60,778 nt of DNA from contig JBBTRX010000002.1 in assembly GCA_038064975.1 (NCBI GenBank), positions 259,278 through 320,055 of the forward strand, given 5' to 3'. Under the pieces are notes generated by a model. The model searched no databases and had not been told where the DNA came from. It saw only the letters and a list, made by a program, of their open reading frames with translations. How positions within the stretch are numbered: the first letter of the stretch is position 1; each line of letters begins with the position of its first letter. The translations under genes were made by a program, and so were the position numbers. Shown here in pieces: positions 27,230 to 35,022 of the stretch. Source of the DNA: Patescibacteria group bacterium (GTDB lineage Bacteria; Patescibacteriota; Minisyncoccia; UBA6257; 1-14-0-10-40-38).

Positions 27230-28995
27230 GTTTGGATTCTAGAATTTTTTCTAAAGACCAAAAACTTTATTCCTAAGAAATTCCAGACAAGAGAAATTGG
27301 TGTGGCGATAATCTTTGCAATATTAAGCCATGTCTGAGGATTGGTTGTGGGAGGCTCGACAAAGGTTGTGAAGAGAAAAACAATTCCGCTATTGAGCATG
27401 GTTCCTCCTACGTATATTCCGAAGTAAATAAATATCTCTTTGAGCGAAGTTTTGCTTGTATATCTAAATGTCCATTTTTTATTAAAAAAATAACTATTTG
27501 TTACGGCGATAAAAAATGATGCAGTATTAAGAATAATAATTTTTGGACCAGAGTAAATTTGAAAAACAGAACTTAAGATATTTAAAAAACCAAAGTCAAT
27601 AATAAAGCTCGTCGTACCAACGATTAAAAATTTAGTCAGTTGTTTCGTATAATGATTACTGCGGAGAAGAATTAGGATGCGCTCTACTAAACTGCGCATG
27701 CCTTCAAATATTCCATATAATGAAAGATTATTTATTTTTTTAATTGACCGCCAAATAAGTATGTTAGTGATGAGTTGAGTGAGTGCAGTAGCAATCGCTG
27801 ATCCTGCAATGCCAAAGCGAGGAATAAGCAAAAAATTAAAAATAATATTGCCGATAAGAGCGACAACGACAAAAAGAATAAATTTTCTCTGTTGGTTATA
27901 TGCAAAAATTGCATTACCTAATAGCGTTGAAGGATATACGATTAAAATAGTGAGCATGAGTATTTCAAATGATACGATAGCCGGGGTATACGTTGGCCCG
28001 AAGAGAATTACGATAATATGTCGTGCAAAAACTAAGCCGAGGATTGTGACCGGAACTGCGAGAAGAGTAACTCCCCCAATCATTTGTTCCAGTATTTTTC
28101 TTGCTTTTTCTTGATTATTTCGTGCAAAGAAAGCTAGAGTTGGAAAAACGCTGGTGCTGAGAAGAGCGGGGATGACGTAGAGTAATTGCATAACCTTCTG
28201 AGCAACGGAGTAGTAGCCGACATCTTCAGCGTTACGAAGCCAACCAATCATAATGATGTCCGTATTGAGCATGATGATGCCCATAATACCCAAGAGTCCA
28301 AATGGCCATGCGTTTTTGATAATAGGAAGAATAAGGCTTATCTGAAGAGATGAGAGCATTCCCGTTAAATGTTTCCGTAAAGCGAAAAATACAATAGCAA
28401 ACCCAATGCCGGATCCGATGGCATAGCCGATTCCTAGAGAGCGGCCTGTAGGAAGGATAGCGATCATAATAAGACTTGCTACTACAATTGCTGCGTTGGT
28501 AACTATCTGGCTCATCGCTTCCAGTTCCATACGTTGCAGTGAACGGGCTATCGCGGTGCCAAGATCTCGAAACGTATCAAATGCAAATACGATGAGAAGA
28601 ACTGCAAGTATTGAGCCCGATGACGGGATCGTTGCTATTTTAGGGAGAAGAAAAAGTGTAATAAGTGTGATACTAATCACAAGCCCTGCTTTAATCCAAA
28701 ACGCAGTAGAAAGATACCGAGCTCGCATTGCTGGTGATTGGACAGACTCTCTCGTAATAAGCGCGTTCATACCCACATCAGAAAAAATAGTGAGAAACGT
28801 TGCGATTCCAAGGGCGTAAGAAAAAGCCCCCCATCCTTCTACGCCTAAAACGCGTGCGGCGTAAATAACGATGATTGCTCGTAACATTCTACTAATAAGT
28901 TGCCCGCTAAAAAGCCAAATCGTATTTTTTATGATTTTTTGCGAGAATGGCAAATTTTCATTTGTATCCAAAAGAAACGCAGTGATGTGTGACAT
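27226..28995 (-). CDS. MOP-superfamily flippase (Wzx-like) fused to a C-terminal GtrA-like domain
   Basis: N-terminal roughly 430 aa is a 12-14 TM polysaccharide-biosynthesis-protein type region. C-terminal LTKFLIVGTTSFIIDFGFLNIL...NSYFFNKKWTFRY is a GtrA-family signature. Its stop overlaps the stop of the convergent gene. Confidence 0.75.
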   Translation of the reverse strand: MSHITAFLLDTNENLPFSQKIIKNTIWLFSGQLISRMLRAIIVIYAARVLGVEGWGAFSYALGIATFLTIFSDVGMNALITRESVQSPAMRARYLSTAFWIKAGLVISITLITLFLLPKIATIPSSGSILAVLLIVFAFDTFRDLGTAIARSLQRMELEAMSQIVTNAAIVVASLIMIAILPTGRSLGIGYAIGSGIGFAIVFFALRKHLTGMLSSLQISLILPIIKNAWPFGLLGIMGIIMLNTDIIMIGWLRNAEDVGYYSVAQKVMQLLYVIPALLSTSVFPTLAFFARNNQEKARKILEQMIGGVTLLAVPVTILGLVFARHIIVILFGPTYTPAIVSFEILMLTILIVYPSTLLGNAIFAYNQQRKFILFVVVALIGNIIFNFLLIPRFGIAGSAIATALTQLITNILIWRSIKKINNLSLYGIFEGMRSLVERILILLRSNHYTKQLTKFLIVGTTSFIIDFGFLNILSSVFQIYSGPKIIILNTASFFIAVTNSYFFNKKWTFRYTSKTSLKEIFIYFGIYVGGTMLNSGIVFLFTTFVEPPTTNPQTWLNIAKIIATPISLVWNFLGIKFLVFRKNSRIQT

Positions 28996-28997
28996 GG

Positions 28998-30326
28998 TTA
29001 CGCCGAAACGAAGATGTGGCGGATTGTTTTCATGAGGATGCTGATATCAAGCAATATCGCCCGATGTTTTAAGTAGTATAAGTCATATTCCAACTTTTGA
29101 TATGAGTCTTCAAACGAAGATCCATAAGGATAGTTGATCTGTGCCCATCCGGTAAGTCCGGGACGAATCATGTGTCGGAAATCATAATAGGGAATTTTTT
29201 CTTCCAGCGTTGCAGTAAATTCGGGCCGCTCGGGTCGTGGGCCGACGAAGGAAAGATCTCCCCAGAGAATATTCCAAAGCTGGGGAAGTTCATCAAGGTG
29301 CGTTTTGCGTAGTATTTTTCCTATCGGGGTTACGCGTACGTCATCCGGCTTTGCCCATTTGGGGCCGAATTGTTCCGCATTCAGCATCATGGTTCTAAAC
29401 TTCCAAAGCGTAAATTTTCTGCCCCGTACTCCCACACGCGTTTGTGTAAAAAATGCCGATCCATGAGCGGTCATTTTGATGGCAAAAACGATAACGAGAG
29501 CTATCGGAAGTAGAAGCGCTGAAAGTAAGCAAGCGAGCATAATATCCAAAGGACGTTTCAAAATCTCATAGATATTTTTATCCTCGGAAATTCCTTCTCC
29601 AAACCAATTTGATCCCAATTCTTCTAGAGGAATTTTATTGAATATTTCTTCATAGATTGTTTTTAAATCAATGAAGTGTGCATGATCAAGTTTCTGTCCC
29701 AACGCTTCATATGCTGTTTTATCTTCTTTAATGTGACGGGGCACGACTACAAGATGAGCGTTTTGTTCTTGGAGGGCATTCAAAAGCCTTTCTTTATTGC
29801 TATATATTTCTTGACTTGTGATAGTTTCGGCTATTTCATAACCAAGTTGAGAGTGTTCCTGAAGATAATGTGCCAATTCTTGGGCAAGTTTTGTGTTTCC
29901 AAGAATAATAATTCTTTTAAGCGGTCCTCTAAATTGGATATTAGTATTATATGTTGATCTCCATACGTATGCGGCACTTCCGAAAATAGCGAGGAAAATG
30001 AGCAGGTTTGCGCGAGGAGTAATTTCATACAGAGGGAGAAAATAGAAAAAGAGAGCTGCTAGAAAGAAATTGAGCGTAAGTGCTAAGCCAAATCGAGCAT
30101 TGAATTTTTTACTGTTACGAAGTGCTGATGGATCATAAAGTCCCACAATATAGAAAATAATGATCCAAAACGCAAAAATAATTGAAAAGGGAAGGAAGTG
30201 ACTTCTCGGAAGCTGGGCGGCAAGGTTTCCATAACGGATAAAAAGCATGAGAACAAGAGAAATATAGAGGACAATGATGTCCCCCGCGAGAACTGAAAAT
30301 TGTTGTAGTTTGACATACCTCCTCAT
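28998..30326 (-). CDS. polyprenyl-phosphate glycosyl-1-phosphate transferase (WbaP/bacterial sugar transferase family)
   Basis: C-terminal KRPLDIMLACLLSALLLPIALVIV, FFTQTRVGVRGRKFTLWKFRTM and DELPQLWNILWGDLSFVGPRPERPEF match the Bac_transf signature. N-terminal 4 TM plus a central Rossmann-like domain, as in WbaP. Confidence 0.9.
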   Translation of the reverse strand: MRRYVKLQQFSVLAGDIIVLYISLVLMLFIRYGNLAAQLPRSHFLPFSIIFAFWIIIFYIVGLYDPSALRNSKKFNARFGLALTLNFFLAALFFYFLPLYEITPRANLLIFLAIFGSAAYVWRSTYNTNIQFRGPLKRIIILGNTKLAQELAHYLQEHSQLGYEIAETITSQEIYSNKERLLNALQEQNAHLVVVPRHIKEDKTAYEALGQKLDHAHFIDLKTIYEEIFNKIPLEELGSNWFGEGISEDKNIYEILKRPLDIMLACLLSALLLPIALVIVFAIKMTAHGSAFFTQTRVGVRGRKFTLWKFRTMMLNAEQFGPKWAKPDDVRVTPIGKILRKTHLDELPQLWNILWGDLSFVGPRPERPEFTATLEEKIPYYDFRHMIRPGLTGWAQINYPYGSSFEDSYQKLEYDLYYLKHRAILLDISILMKTIRHIFVSA

Positions 30327-30392
30327 GCTTTTCTATTATGGTATATAATCATTAAAAACGAGTCGCCTCAATCTACACCCTTTTCGCACGTT

Positions 30393-31085
30393 ATGGAAGA
30401 AAAAAAGAAAGATAATTTTCTCGGGATGAGTATTGTTCTCGCGGCTCTTATTATCGGAGGTGCTCTAGTCTATAGCTCCGGAGCGAAAGGGAACCCCACA
30501 CAAGCCGCTAATCTTGGTAATACCGTCGCTGGCACTAATACCGGCTCTATTAGTAACATTTCTGTAGACGATGATGTCATTCTCGGTGATCCGGAAGCTC
30601 CGGTTACTCTAGTGTTTTTTGGCGATTTCCAATGCCCATATTGCAAAAAGCTTTTTGATGAGACGGAAATCAAGCTTCGTGATGCCTACGTTAAAACTGG
30701 CAAAGTAAGAATGGTATACCGCGATTTCCCTTTGGATAGCATTCATCCGTTTGCTCGCCCAACTGCTATTGTCGCAGAGTGTGCGCGCGATCAGGGAAAG
30801 TATTGGATGTATCATGATGAGCTATTTACACGCCAAAGTGAGATTCCAACGATGGACTTTATCGCACTTGCAAGTTCATTAGGCATGAATACTCAACAGT
30901 TTCGTTCGTGTGTAGAGAGTCAAAAATATGCGAACGAAGTTCAGGGGGATTACGAGGATGGCGTTGCTGCTGGAGTACGTGGAACACCTGCAACGTTTGT
31001 AAATGGCAGACTTGTTTCCGGAGCGGTTCCTTATGAAGAATTTGAGCGAGTCATTGAAGAAGAGCTTGCGAAAACGAATAAGTAA
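30393..31085 (+). CDS. DsbA-family thiol:disulfide oxidoreductase, membrane-anchored
   Basis: N-terminal TM helix, VTLVFFGDFQCPYCKKLF (CxxC) and a GTPATFVNG cis-Pro loop. Confidence 0.85.
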   Translation: MEEKKKDNFLGMSIVLAALIIGGALVYSSGAKGNPTQAANLGNTVAGTNTGSISNISVDDDVILGDPEAPVTLVFFGDFQCPYCKKLFDETEIKLRDAYVKTGKVRMVYRDFPLDSIHPFARPTAIVAECARDQGKYWMYHDELFTRQSEIPTMDFIALASSLGMNTQQFRSCVESQKYANEVQGDYEDGVAAGVRGTPATFVNGRLVSGAVPYEEFERVIEEELAKTNK

Positions 31086-31111
31086 AGTAATAAGATATCA
31101 TTAATAAAAAA

Positions 31112-31274
31112 AATGCGTTGGATAGGGAAAGTTCAAATCATTCTTGGAATCTGGATCCTCGTTTCTCCCTGGATTCTTGGATTTGCGGAATTTAGTCCCG
31201 CGCTTTGGAACAGCGTTGTTGCTGGAACGCTTACTGCCGTGCTTGGGCTTTGGACACTTTTCGGTGAAGAGTAA
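31112..31274 (+). pseudogene. SPW-repeat small membrane protein, interrupted by an apparent 1-nt insertion (or sequencing indel)
   Basis: ATG 31112 gives MRWIGKVQII, then the frame must shift at the T-run 31140-31142 to continue as LGIWILVSPWILGFAEFSPALWNSVVAGTLTAVLGLWTLFGEE (stop 31272-31274). The second frame has no ATG/GTG/TTG after its upstream stop at 31122. It falls below the 60-aa ORF-track cut-off. Confidence 0.45.
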
Positions 31275-31345
31275 AATAAAAAACAATAGACGATGGAAAA
31301 TTCATTGGAAATTGATTATTGTAAATTACCCTATATACTACTTAT

Positions 31346-31582
31346 ATGAAAACAGTAAAAATGTATACGACTCCGACGTGTGTATATTGCAAGATGGCAA
31401 AAGAATTCTTTAAGAAGAATGGTGTTGAATATGAAGAGCACGATGTTGCAAACGATGAGAAGGCTCGCGAAGAAATGATTCAGAAGTCTCATCAGATGGG
31501 CGTTCCCGTTATTGATATCGGCGGAGAAGTATTTGTCGGTTTCAATCAGAGAGAAATAGCAAAAGCGTTAGATATAAAATAA
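31346..31582 (+). CDS. glutaredoxin-like protein (YruB/NrdH-like)
   Basis: VKMYTTPTCVYCKMAKEFFKKNGVEYEEHDV with a CxxC motif, and GVPVIDIGGEVFVGF. 78 aa. Confidence 0.85.
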   Translation: MKTVKMYTTPTCVYCKMAKEFFKKNGVEYEEHDVANDEKAREEMIQKSHQMGVPVIDIGGEVFVGFNQREIAKALDIK

Positions 31583-31590
31583 AGAGTAAT

Positions 31591-31616
31591 TAGGGATTAG
31601 GGTTTAGCCACTAGCA
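31591..31616 (+). repeat. dispersed intergenic repeat R1, copy a (TAGGGATTAGGGTTTAGCCACTAG..)
   Basis: About 22 of the first 24 nt are identical to 42125-42148 (TAGGGTTTAGGGTATAGCCACTAG) in the same orientation. Both are intergenic. Confidence 0.65.
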
Positions 31617-31630
31617 CTAAAGGAAGAACA

Positions 31631-31663
31631 CTACTAATTTCTAAATACTAGTTTCTAGATACT
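31631..31663 (-). repeat. dispersed intergenic repeat R2, copy a (inverted relative to copy b)
   Basis: The reverse complement AGTATCTAGAAACTAGTATTTAGAAATTAGTAG matches 43243-43275 (AGTATTTAGAAACTAGTATCTAGAAATTAGTAG) at 31 of 33 positions. The two differences are a reciprocal C/T swap. Confidence 0.75.
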
Positions 31664-31671
31664 GAGTTTTT

Positions 31672-32655
31672 ATGAATTACGATTACATCATTCTTGGAGG
31701 AGGTCCTGCTGGAGTTGCTGCTGCGGTGTATGCCGCTCGCAAGCAAATGAAGACACTCCTTATTACCGAATCATTCGGTGGGCAGTCTATTGTATCCGCG
31801 GATATTCAGAACTGGATTGGAGACGCTCATATTTCAGGGCTTGCGCTTGCAGAGAAACTGGAAAATCACGTCCGGTCTTTTCCCGACATGGTTGACGTGA
31901 AAATAGGTGAACGTGCAGTTTCTATTCAAAAAACTCATTGTACTGATCCAAAGCGGCCTTGCGACTTTGAAGTTACTACAGCAAGCGGAGAAACATTTGC
32001 GGGTAAAGCGATCATGCTTGCGATTGGAGCTCGCCGCCGCCGCCTTGGGATTCCCGGCGAGGATCGTCTTGATGGAAAAGGTGTTGCGTTTTGCAGTACG
32101 TGCGACGCCCCAATTTTTAAGGGAATGCCGGTCGCTGTTGTAGGAGGCGGTAACGCCGGACTTGAAGCTGTTATTGATCTTTTACCCTACGCGACAAAAA
32201 TTTATCTTCTGCAATACAACGAAACATTGAAAGGAGATCCTTCAACTCAGGAGAAAATAAAGGCTCATCCTAATGTGGAGATTCTCTTTAATGCTCAAAC
32301 CAAAGAAGTGCTTGGTGATGCGATGGTTTCCGGGCTTGCCTATACGGATCGGAAAACCAACGAAGAAAAGAAGCTGGACGTAAAAGGAGTTTTTGTGGAA
32401 ATAGGATCAGTCCCCAATTCTGAAATTGTAAAAAATATCGTGGATCTTGATACGTATGGACAAGTTGTCATTGACTCCAAGCATGGAACAACTTCCCAGC
32501 CGGGAATATTCGCCGCCGGAGATATTACGGATGATCCCTATAAGCAGAATAATATTTCTGTCGGTGATGCGGTAAAAGCAACGCTTGCCGCCTATGGGTA
32601 TCTCTTAAATCGCGAAAAAAAGAGTCCTGCAACCGAACAAAAAACGGCATCATAA
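31672..32655 (+). CDS. trxB: thioredoxin-disulfide reductase
   Basis: DYIILGGGPAGVAAAVYAAR FAD motif, redox-active CSTCDAPIF, VVGGGNAGLEA NADPH motif and GIFAAGDITD. Confidence 0.85.
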   Translation: MNYDYIILGGGPAGVAAAVYAARKQMKTLLITESFGGQSIVSADIQNWIGDAHISGLALAEKLENHVRSFPDMVDVKIGERAVSIQKTHCTDPKRPCDFEVTTASGETFAGKAIMLAIGARRRRLGIPGEDRLDGKGVAFCSTCDAPIFKGMPVAVVGGGNAGLEAVIDLLPYATKIYLLQYNETLKGDPSTQEKIKAHPNVEILFNAQTKEVLGDAMVSGLAYTDRKTNEEKKLDVKGVFVEIGSVPNSEIVKNIVDLDTYGQVVIDSKHGTTSQPGIFAAGDITDDPYKQNNISVGDAVKATLAAYGYLLNREKKSPATEQKTAS

Positions 32656-32671
32656 TTCGTAAAGCATTCGT

Positions 32672-34066
32672 ATGGTGAATAAGCTGATTGCAATTGGTAT
32701 CGCCGCCGCCGCGCTTGGAATTATTACAAGCTACGCTTTATTGGAGTGGAGCAGAGGGAACATTGCAACTGCTGATATTAAGAGTGAGGAACTCTTCACC
32801 GCGGAAGTAACATCTCAAATTTTTGAGGGGAAAAAGGAAAACGCTAATAAAGGGCGTTTTTCTTTTGTTGCAAGCGAAACTAAAGAATCAGAATCTAAGT
32901 CAGTGGTGAAAATAGTAGAGGTACCTCCAGGGCCTTCCTTTTGTCCGTTCAACTCCCTGGGCGCGAGAACTCCAGCTACCGTGCGTATGAATGAAATAGC
33001 ATGGATGGGAAATAGTGCGGGTGGAGCTGATGCGGAATGGATTGAGCTGTATAACACGGGAGATACCGAGATTAATCTTTCGGGCTGGCAAGTAATCGAT
33101 TTGAGAGAACAGATACAAATTGCCTTTACGCGCCGCGATAGCATACCTCCACAGGATTTTTTTCTTTTAGAGCGGGATAGTGATGACACGGTAAAAACGC
33201 TCACTGCGGATTTTATATATACGGGCTCACTTGCGAACGAAGATGAAGGACTTCGTCTTTTTACTGCTAATTGCACGCTTGCAGACGAAGCGCTCGCGAG
33301 TCCAAAATGGCCTGCGGGGGATAATGGTGAAAAGAAAACGATGGAACGAAGGTCCGATGGCCTGGCATGGCAAACTTCGTACGTGACCGAAGGGACTCCA
33401 AAAGCAAAAAATTCTGAGCCACCCCCGCCTCCACCACCACCGCCACCTCCAGTTTCCGGAATTGAAGAGGGCGAAGAGATTGAAGAAGTTCCGGAACCAG
33501 GGTCCGTCGTAAGCAACGTTTCACATATTGTGATAAGCGAATTTCAAACGAGCGGTGGTGCGGGTCAAACGACCGATGATTTTATTGAACTCTATAATCC
33601 GCTTTCCACTCCTTTTAACTTAAAAGGCCATCGCTTAGTGAAGCGATCGGCAAATGCGACAAAAGATACATCTATAAAATCATGGACTGCAGATACTTTC
33701 ATTCCCGCGCACGGATTCTATCTCTGGGCGAACAGTGAATTTACGAGCTTAGGAACAGTACCCGATACTACAACCACAGCAAGTATTGCAGACGATAACG
33801 GAATTGCATTGCGGGAGGGTCCCGCTGATACCGGTACTATCGTAGACTCTATCGCGTGGGGAACTGCCTCAAATGGATTTGGCGAAGGAGTTCTTCTCCC
33901 TAATGCAAATCCAAACGAAAGCTTTGAACGTAAAGCGTGGGACGTGGCATGTATAGATCCGGCAGGAGAAAAAGGTAATGGATGTGACACGGAGGACAAT
34001 ACTAACGACTTCATGGTCGTCACCGTACCTAATCCGCAAAACACAGGGAGTAACCCCGAACCGTAA
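32672..34066 (+). CDS. membrane-anchored protein with two lamin-tail domains (LTD) joined by a poly-proline linker
   Basis: N-terminal TM. LTD 1: VRMNEIAWMGNSAGGADAEWIELYNTGDTEINLSGWQV. Eleven consecutive Pro codons at 33419-33451. LTD 2: IVISEFQTSGGAGQTTDDFIELYNPLSTPFNLKGHRLV. Confidence 0.8.
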   Translation: MVNKLIAIGIAAAALGIITSYALLEWSRGNIATADIKSEELFTAEVTSQIFEGKKENANKGRFSFVASETKESESKSVVKIVEVPPGPSFCPFNSLGARTPATVRMNEIAWMGNSAGGADAEWIELYNTGDTEINLSGWQVIDLREQIQIAFTRRDSIPPQDFFLLERDSDDTVKTLTADFIYTGSLANEDEGLRLFTANCTLADEALASPKWPAGDNGEKKTMERRSDGLAWQTSYVTEGTPKAKNSEPPPPPPPPPPPVSGIEEGEEIEEVPEPGSVVSNVSHIVISEFQTSGGAGQTTDDFIELYNPLSTPFNLKGHRLVKRSANATKDTSIKSWTADTFIPAHGFYLWANSEFTSLGTVPDTTTTASIADDNGIALREGPADTGTIVDSIAWGTASNGFGEGVLLPNANPNESFERKAWDVACIDPAGEKGNGCDTEDNTNDFMVVTVPNPQNTGSNPEP

Positions 34067-34069
34067 ATT

Positions 34070-34129
34070 AGAATCTAGAAGCTGGAAAATAGAATCTAGA
34101 ATGTGGTAACTAAAAAACAGAATTTAGAA
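34070..34129 (+). repeat. left flank of the four-helix-bundle cassette: AGAATCTAGAA x2 plus one degenerate copy
   Basis: AGAATCTAGAA at 34070-34080 and 34091-34101; AGAATTTAGAA at 34119-34129. Confidence 0.75.
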
Positions 34130-34148
34130 TTTTAAGAGAGAAAAATAG

Positions 34149-34487
34149 CTAACGGAGAAAGTTATTAAGTATGCGCATAACTTCAGACAGCAATTCCTCG
34201 GCTTTTGCATAGTTTTGCTGTGGAAATAAAACTTTTGCAACTTCAATCTGGCTTTCAAGTTCTGCTCCTGAGCCAAAAGCAATAGCAAGAAATTGACGCT
34301 TTTCTTTTTCGTGGAAACGGTGATAACTTTCGGCAATATTTGATGAAATAGAAATTGCTGCCCTTCTCATTTGAGAAGTCAGTCCGTAAAGTTCTGATTG
34401 AGGAAAATCTTGAGTAAGCGAATAAACTTCAACGGCAATATCTTTTGCTTTCTGCCAAACAACCAATTCCTTAAAAGATTTCGTCAT
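34149..34487 (-). CDS. four-helix-bundle protein (23S rRNA intervening-sequence protein / Avd-like family)
   Basis: ELVVWQKAKDIAVEVYSLTQDFPQSELYGLTSQMRRAAISISSNIAESYHRF and LAIAFGSGAELESQIEVA match the family signature by eye (TIGR02436-type, recalled from memory). 112 aa. Confidence 0.85.
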   Translation of the reverse strand: MTKSFKELVVWQKAKDIAVEVYSLTQDFPQSELYGLTSQMRRAAISISSNIAESYHRFHEKEKRQFLAIAFGSGAELESQIEVAKVLFPQQNYAKAEELLSEVMRILNNFLR

Positions 34488-34500
34488 CTTTATCTTACTT

Positions 34501-34530
34501 CCAGATTCTACTTACTATTTTCTAGATTCT
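34501..34530 (-). repeat. right flank of the four-helix-bundle cassette: inverted copies of the AGAATCTAGAA motif
   Basis: TTCTAGATTCT at 34520-34530 is the exact reverse complement of AGAATCTAGAA. CCAGATTCTAC at 34501-34511 is a degenerate inverted copy. Confidence 0.7.
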
Positions 34531-34531
34531 G

Positions 34532-34921
34532 TTATTGAGGTTCACACGTCACCGCAGGTTTTCGCGAAATAAGCGTCTCAATAATTTTACCCTTAGCGAT
34601 TTCCGCGAATGATGCTTCATCGTTCTTTTTCTTAAGCTCGGCTAAAATGCGCTCACCTTCGGTGATAAGACTTTCGTCTTCCGGTGCGAGCTTTTCTTTT
34701 ACTACTTCAAGTTGAGTACTTAGATCCGCGACAAGCTTCGCGCGCTCTTCCTGAGGGGTAAGAAGTAATTCTTCTGCCTCTGCTTTCCAGGTTTCCGGAA
34801 TACGTTCTACGATAAAATCCGTTCCTTTGATTTTTGCCGAAGCGGGTAGAAAATAGAATACGGCTCCCGCAATCGCAACGAGCATAACAAGCGAAAAGAA
34901 AAGTTTAAAAAATCCAAACAT
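34532..34921 (-). CDS. hypothetical membrane-anchored protein
   Basis: N-terminal TM (FFKLFFSLVMLVAIAGAVFYFL), then an acidic/helical region. No recognised motif. Confidence 0.5.
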   Translation of the reverse strand: MFGFFKLFFSLVMLVAIAGAVFYFLPASAKIKGTDFIVERIPETWKAEAEELLLTPQEERAKLVADLSTQLEVVKEKLAPEDESLITEGERILAELKKKNDEASFAEIAKGKIIETLISRKPAVTCEPQ

Positions 34922-35022
34922 ATCATATATATTATACCATTTATCCCGTTACCATGCGCTCATATCTACGATGATGATAGAAATATTCTATTGAAAAACA
35001 AAATCTTCTTATAACTAGGATT

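Noticed and set aside
31101-31413. ORF-track entries 31101-31286 (minus) and 31144-31413 (plus).
   Set aside because: Both overlap the frameshifted SPW-repeat reading frames, and the plus-strand ORF also overlaps the start of the glutaredoxin-like gene. Their sequences are low-complexity with no motifs. The SPW interpretation explains the region better.
31588-31612. TTAGGG/TTTAGGG-like telomere-type repeat (TTAGGGATTAGGGTTTAG), also at 42125.
   Set aside because: There are only two or three irregular units, located inside a bacterial intergenic spacer. No array is present and the context is not terminal. I treat it as part of dispersed repeat R1.
32815-33516. 233-aa minus-strand ORF containing a poly-Gly run.
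   Set aside because: It is antisense to the lamin-tail-domain gene. The Gly run is simply the complement of the poly-Pro codons. It is a shadow ORF.
32672-34921. Diversity-generating retroelement, considered because the four-helix-bundle protein is Avd-like and sits next to a surface protein.
   Set aside because: There is no reverse transcriptase ORF anywhere in the window. No template/variable repeat pair was noticed near the 3' end of the LTD gene.
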